Below are positions 57,918-64,000 of a stretch of 64,000 bases of DNA, in pieces; position 1 is the stretch's first letter, and the number at the start of each line of letters is the position of its first letter. This DNA is from Styela clava (Eukaryota), in the NCBI RefSeq assembly GCF_964204865.1, contig NC_135252.1, positions 24,738,001 through 24,802,000 on the forward strand. Reading direction: 5' to 3'. A program made the translations under genes and the position numbers. The notes under the pieces were generated by a model, which ran no database searches, was not told where the DNA came from, and worked only from the letters and a program-made list of their open reading frames with translations.

Positions 57918-60900
57918 ATGGCGACCACGAAATGCATTTCAATGTCCAGAGTATTTGGTCGTTGTTGGAGGTCAACAATACTCGCCAGACAAGGACTCCT
58001 TGGTAAGTTGGCTTTTATTTGATAAAAATGAAAATTTAGGTTGTATTTTCACGTCACATTTTTATTTAGCGTTATTTAGGCACTTGAAGCAGTCATTTTA
58101 CATCACATGTTCCAACTTCCCAAAGTTTGTCACTATCAGGGGCAGTCGTGCTATTATATTATAGGCTAATTTCCTTGGTTTGTGGCAGCACAATTTTACC
58201 AGCCATAGTTTTCAATTTGCTGCCGTCTGGCTGTGGTACCCCGCCTCACACCATTGGTTTGTGGAAGCTAAAAAGTCAGCCGCCATGGTTTGACCATAGC
58301 GGTCATGGTTTGGAAATCCCGCCATTGGTTTTGCGGCAACTTCAGACGTCACAAAATACTCAAAACTGCACTAGGGTGGCTTACCCACTTTGCGGCCATG
58401 ACCTATCTGCGACCATCAACTTCATCGATTAAATTAATGCCGAAAAAATTAACGAACCGCGCCGATATTTCTCACGCGTTATCGTCCACTTATCCCTCGT
58501 AGCTCTACAAAATTACACTAAAATGCGGCCACAAATAAAAAAGTTACGACCGAAAACCTGACCGAAGAAAAAAAACGGACCATTTTACCATGTCGCCAAC
58601 TACCCATTGTTCCTTTAAAAAAGGTTGAAAATCCATACAAATATAAGAGATAAAGAGATGAAACTTGGCAGGAGGGTAGAGTTGTGTTTCTTTTAACCAT
58701 CTTTGAAGTTTCGCGTCTCTACCTTCAAAGGAGGGGGAGTAGGGAGGTGCGCATTTCCAATACGTCAATAATATCTTTCTGTGATGCGGTGTTTGTTTAT
58801 AATTTGAAGAATTTTGTTTGAAATAATCGTGTTCTTAAAATATATGACGGTCAGAAATGCAATTAGAAGCCCATTTTTTCACGCATGGCTGCGTATGCCC
58901 TAGTCTCGACGCAGCAGAAACGATGTTCAAGGCTTGAAATCTGTGGTCGCACACGGGTCGTTCGGTCGCAAATACGTCTTCAGAGTGTCGTACTTTGGTG
59001 ATTTGTATAGCTTTAACCCCTGGTCGTAGAAAGTTAATTCGAGGTTTAGCGTGTGGAGTAAATGACAATGCACCTACCGTGAAAAAATTAACGGGTTAGA
59101 AATATTGGTTTTTGTTTTATAGCGGTTTGAATGAAATCGTCCGCAGACTGGCTACACCACCCTAGTGCTTGCTTGTGCCAGACTTCTTGTTGTCATCGTT
59201 TGGTTTTCTCAAAGTTCGAGCAGGACTCAAATTATTTTCAGTTTGGGGTTTGGGTCAGAATGGTATCAACTACGAGTCGAGATTCAGATCAGAAGTTGTT
59301 TTTTGGGACCCCCTGAAGTGCGCACCAAGATGGCGCACAAGCTGAACTCAGGTTGTATACCAGGTTAGTGTTCAGGTTGTGCGACATCTTGGTGCGCATA
59401 CTTCAGCAGTTTTTTGAGTGGTTGGAGTTGGTGTCAGGCTTCACAGCTCTTGTTCTTGCAACAGGGTCATAGCCAGGGGTTTTGAGGATAGCAATAACCA
59501 CCTTCCTCTGTTTTGAAAAGAGGAAAAAAAGTCTTTTTTTTATCATACAAAGCAATTTTTCGTAGCTCGGAATGCTTTTAATTAAGAACCTCAACTCTTG
59601 GAGTTCGTCCACAGCCGCTAGTTGTTACAATTCAACTCGGCAATTAGAAATTTTCGGGTCGATTTTTTGAAAATTGCAAGCACGCCCTCGGTCAGACCAA
59701 ATTTGAATTTTTCCAATATTTGTTTTCTGATAATCCAGGTGAATCAACAACAACAGCTTGCTCACTAATTCCCATTCGTTGCATCAACGCATACGAGAAA
59801 TTCGGAGAAGTTCTGCAGAACAGTAGGAACAAGAACCCGAGGAATATGGAGGAAGCTGAAAGAATAGGTTAGCTATTGGATGATTTATTTTAAAATTTTT
59901 CAACGTCTTTTTTCATTGTGGGAGAGTAAGGCTGATAAGACAGCCCAATCATGTGCTTTTGATTAAGGTCCCCACAGAACCTCTTTGTAGTGCCCGAGTT
60001 GAGAACCCCTACATTAGTCTATTGGCCTCCTCTTTTAAACAATAATTAAGATGGATTTTTGAAAACCGCTTGTCTGAGGAATTCTGATTTTGGTTAGACA
60101 AATTGTTGTAAAACTGCCTGATCATGTACTTTTGTTATAGTTCCAAGATGACGGCTTTGTGCCGCCCTTGTGGGAACAATGACCCAGTTTGAGAACCACT
60201 GCACTAGGTTATTGCCTCCCACTTTTGAACAATAACTAACATTGATTTTTGAAAACCGCTTGTGAGGAATTCTAATTTTGTTCAGACAAATTGTTGTAAA
60301 ACTGCCTAATCCTATCCCTTTGCTCATGGTCCGAAGATTACGGCTTTGCGCCGTCTTTGTGGGAACGAGGACCCAGTTTGAGAACCCTTACACTACACTT
60401 TAGAAACCCCCCCTTTCGAACAATAATTAACATTGATTTTTAAAAACCGTTTGTCTGAGGAATTCTGATTTTTTTTCAGACAAATTGTTGTAAAAATGCA
60501 TAATCATGTTCTTTTGCTTATCGTCTCCAGAAAATCGCTTTGCGTCGTGTGGGAACGGTGGCCCAGTTTGAGAACCCCTACACTAGTTTATTGACGCCCT
60601 TTTTCAAACAATTATTAACATTGATTTTTGAAAACAGCTTGTCTGAGGAATTGTTGTAAAAATGTCTAATCATGTTCTTTTGCTTATCGTCTCCAGAAAA
60701 TCGCTTTGCGTCGTGTGGGAACGGTGGCCCAGTTTGAGAACCCCTACACTAGTTTATTGACGCCCTTTTTTAAACAATAATTAACATTGATTTTTGAAAA
60801 CAGCTTGTCTGAGGAATTGTTGTAAAAATGTCTAATCATGTGCTTTTGCTTATGGTCCAAAAATGATGGCTTTTGCCGCCCGTATGGGAATGATGGCCCA

Positions 60901-63900
60901 GTTTGAGAGCCCCTTACACTAGGCCATTGACCCCCCCCCCCCCCATCCCAACTCATCTTAAACAATAATCAGCATTAAATGTTGTAAACTGCTTATCTGA
61001 GGAGATCTGACTTTGGTCAGACGAATTGCTGCAGAAATATGTTTATGTTATCATGCAGCTCTTGTGTTATATAATTAACATGAATTACTTTTCACAGGCC
61101 TAACTGGGAGGCTGAAGAAAAGTCGGATGTACGCCCAGTTCAACTATCAGGAATGGAGATATCCACGGAAGGAGAGAGCAATAGATGTATCTTCTACAAG
61201 TTAGTACGGTTATATTGCATTCATTAATATCTAAATCGATTCTGATTTGCCTAAATTCGAAGTGATTCAAGGGTCTTGCTGAACACTGACATAAATATAT
61301 TTCTGTAACGTTTCGTCTGACCAGATTTAGACTTCCTCAGACATACCTTATTCGGTACTACCCGAAGTATGTGAACCAAGATGGCGGACACCGGAACGTA
61401 GTATGTGTGCCAGGTTAGGGGCAGGCATAATTTCAGGTACAAATACTACGGGAGTCACTTGTCCCCGAACTCATAATAGAACTAAAATAAGGAAAATTGG
61501 AATAAAATTATGGCATAGCCCTAATCTGGTACACATACTATGTTCCGGTGTCCACCATCTTGGTTCACATACTTCGGGTAGTACCAAATAAAATATGTCT
61601 GAGGAAGTCTGACTCTGGTCAGAGGCAAGGATCGGGTGATCGTCTGCATGTCTTGGATGACAGTTAGTATATTTTGGAGGGCCTTACATTACGTTACAGT
61701 GACTTTGTAGTGACGTAAATTTTGAATGACGTAGTCAGGTGGCAGTCAGGAATAACATATGCATAATTGATTATGCCACGACAACTAGGAGTACTTACTT
61801 TGTTTTGTGAACATGGCCCGAATTATGTTGTTTTTTACATGAACCCGCACACGATGTCTTCAGAATAGTGAAATTTTCGGTCCAAGTCATTCCTGACTTA
61901 AACTCATAGCTCATGCTTGAAGTCATCACATATGTATGCACTAAGACAGGGGTGCGCAACACAGAGCGTTCAATGTGGCATTCCACATGGTCGAACGTAG
62001 CGTACTAATGGTTTGGTAAAAAGTAATTCTCGCATTTATATCAAATTCTAATGACTCTCGCTTATATCCGATTCAACTTAAACATCTTCTCGTCCAGGCT
62101 ACTCCAATTCTTAAAATATTTTTGTTTTCAGAAATGGTATTCAGAGAATATAAACCTAAAGATGATATGATGACCCGACTAAGAGCGCCGAGAAAAGAGT
62201 TTGAAGATTTAAGAACTGATAAAATGAGGTAACACTGGATTTTAGGTTAAATTTTTCTAACTGACGTCGTTAGCAATCACGCCTCTGATAACTCTATGTG
62301 GGCTCATAGGTTAAAATCATGAGGATAATTATGTCAAGTCAAGTTCATTTTTTTTCAACCAGAAAATAAAAAAACAAATGAACACAGAAAATACGAAAAA
62401 AAATGAAAATCACACAGTTTCACTGGGGACGGGAAGTCGTGGGTACCAAATGTGATTATTGAGCTGCGACACCCAAGGTTCTAATATGTAATTTAAAATT
62501 TTAGAGTTAGGAAACTACTGTTTCTATGGTGAGTACCGTACAAGTCATCAATCTAACATCGCTTAATAGAGATAGTTAATTTCTTGGGATTGTGTTGAAG
62601 GGTCGAAAACACCAACAGCTGGACGGTTAAGTTCCCGATTCAGTTGAATTAATTGAAGATTGCTGAACTATTTGCCGCCGTAGGGTGGTTGAAGTAACCG
62701 CTGGTCTGTTACAACTTCCTCCACCATTGAGTCCATGCATGAAATGAACAACTGGCTAACCAATCCCATACCAGAAATGATTGGTAACCAGATGAGAGGC
62801 TGTGGTTCACTATATGATTAGGCCGTCTTATCTCAGTTTTTTCTCCGCTGGGATAAATATGTAAATAGAAAATTCTGAGAGACTCTGATGGCTGCTTGGT
62901 CGAAGCTATATTTGAAATCTTGTGAACAGACTACCAACTTCTGCATTTTAACCGTTCATTTTCCATAACTTCCAGCCATCGACAGATAAAGAAAAGAGTG
63001 CCGACTTTCCACCGTAGGCGTTTCCCAGCTGAAGCTCAAGAGATTTATATCAAAGCCCATGAACTTCTAAACACAGAAAAGTAGGTTAGGAATTTCATTT
63101 ATTGATAGATACTGGCACCATGGGCTGGCCTTAGACCACTGAGATCGTTAGATGTCCCGGCCCTTGTATAGGCTTTGGGCGTTCCCGTAGTATATGAACC
63201 AAGATGGGGGACACCTGAACATAGTATGTTTACCTGGTTAGAGTTAGGCCATAATTTTCTTCCAATTTTTCTTATTTTAGTTCTATTCGGGCGAGTTCAG
63301 GGACTAGCCAAGTGACTCCTGTGGTATTTGTACCTGAAATTATGGTCTAACCCTAACCTGGTACACATACTATGTTCCAATGTCCGCCATCTTGGTTCAC
63401 ATACTGCGGGAGTATCAGGCTTTGTACTAATTCTAGCACTGTATATATTACGGGAGAGCGATGCTCAAATATATGGACACGGAGGCCAAAGCGAAGCAGT
63501 AATCTACCTTATCTTTTACTGTATGAGTATGGCAGTATGAACTTATGACTTTTGCTTAGCCCAATTGAGGTTGAAGAACCCTTACAAATAAGAGGTCATT
63601 ACACAAAATTTTGAACTGAAAACGAATCATCTAGCTCTACAGAAAGTTTTGACATAAATAAAAGTTGTTGGCCTTCTAACGAAAAATAAAATTTCAAATT
63701 TCAAAGCAATTGATCCAGAAATCCAACAAGATAATTACAAAACGATGCATAGGTCTATTTTATGTCCAATAACATCCTGTTCCTTGTGTGTATGCACGAC
63801 TCTTGGAGTTGCTCGGTGCCCAGATGACCAATGTTGAAACATTTATATTTTTGAAATTTACTAAATATCTATTTTAAATGTTCAAAACTCCTATTTGTTT

Positions 63901-63976
63901 TCCCAGTTGGACTTTGCCAAAGAAGCAAGACACAGAGGAGGCGTTGCATGGTCTTGTGACGGAATTCGCTTATCCA
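57918..63976 (+). CDS. MRPL45: Mitochondrial ribosomal protein mL45 (Tim44-like domain), 5' part; gene continues past the window end
   Basis: Exons 57918-58002, 59739-59867, 61098-61199, 62132-62228, 62976-63080, 63907-63976 join in frame. Arg/Ser/Thr-rich presequence MATTKCISMSRVFGRCWRST; RQIKKRVPTFHRRRFPAEAQEIYIKAHELLN...LHGLVTEFAYP resembles human MRPL45 RRIKDYDANF..KDFPEKAKDIFIEAH...LHTLVTEHCFP as recalled. Confidence 0.82.
59995..61050. repeat. Tandem satellite of about 190 bp (about 5.5 units) in MRPL45 intron 2
   Basis: Anchor gagaacc at about 60001, 60191, 60380, 60570, 60736 and 60906; the later units are shorter (166-170 bp). Confidence 0.88.
61354..61585. mobile_element. Merlin-type MITE (long subtype)
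   Basis: Family TIRs ggtactacccgaagtatgtgaaccaagatgg; flanked by inverted rather than direct repeats. Confidence 0.85.
63178..63416. mobile_element. Merlin-type MITE (long subtype)
   Basis: Family TIRs; perfect TSD AGGCTTTG. Confidence 0.85.
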
Positions 63977-64000
63977 GTAAGTATCAAACAATTCTCTTTA

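Noticed and set aside
59123-59368. Possible extra MRPL45 exon after ttttatAG at 59122
   Set aside because: The phase-1 join gives an immediate TGA, and the flanking exons join correctly without it.

Overview
AT-rich, intron-containing animal genomic DNA. The chordate-like proteins, short GT-AG introns and dense MITE/SINE content suggest an invertebrate chordate such as an ascidian (inference, not confirmed). I assembled eight protein-coding genes by hand from GT-AG exons. On the + strand: SPOP (8 coding exons), the Ca2+-regulated mitochondrial aspartate/glutamate carrier SLC25A12/13 (aralar/citrin, 16 exons) and the 5' part of MRPL45. On the - strand are two intron-poor tandem clusters, STEEP1>TMEM129>PTRHD1 and RANBP1>WBP4, which look like trans-spliced operon candidates. 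Introns and intergenic DNA hold Merlin-type MITEs carrying YY1 and TTAGGG motifs, hAT and Tc1/mariner MITEs, a tRNA-derived SINE, Helentron-like elements and several minisatellites. The most notable signals are in the carrier gene: (i) a hidden in-frame 105-nt cassette exon that duplicates the EF-hand/carrier linker and has downstream Rbfox motifs; (ii) a duplicated final acceptor that would remove the regulatory C-terminal helix; (iii) a cluster of 10 AGGTCA half-sites (DR4/ERRE) built by duplicating a splice donor. Gene names rest on recalled similarity to human proteins; no database search was run.
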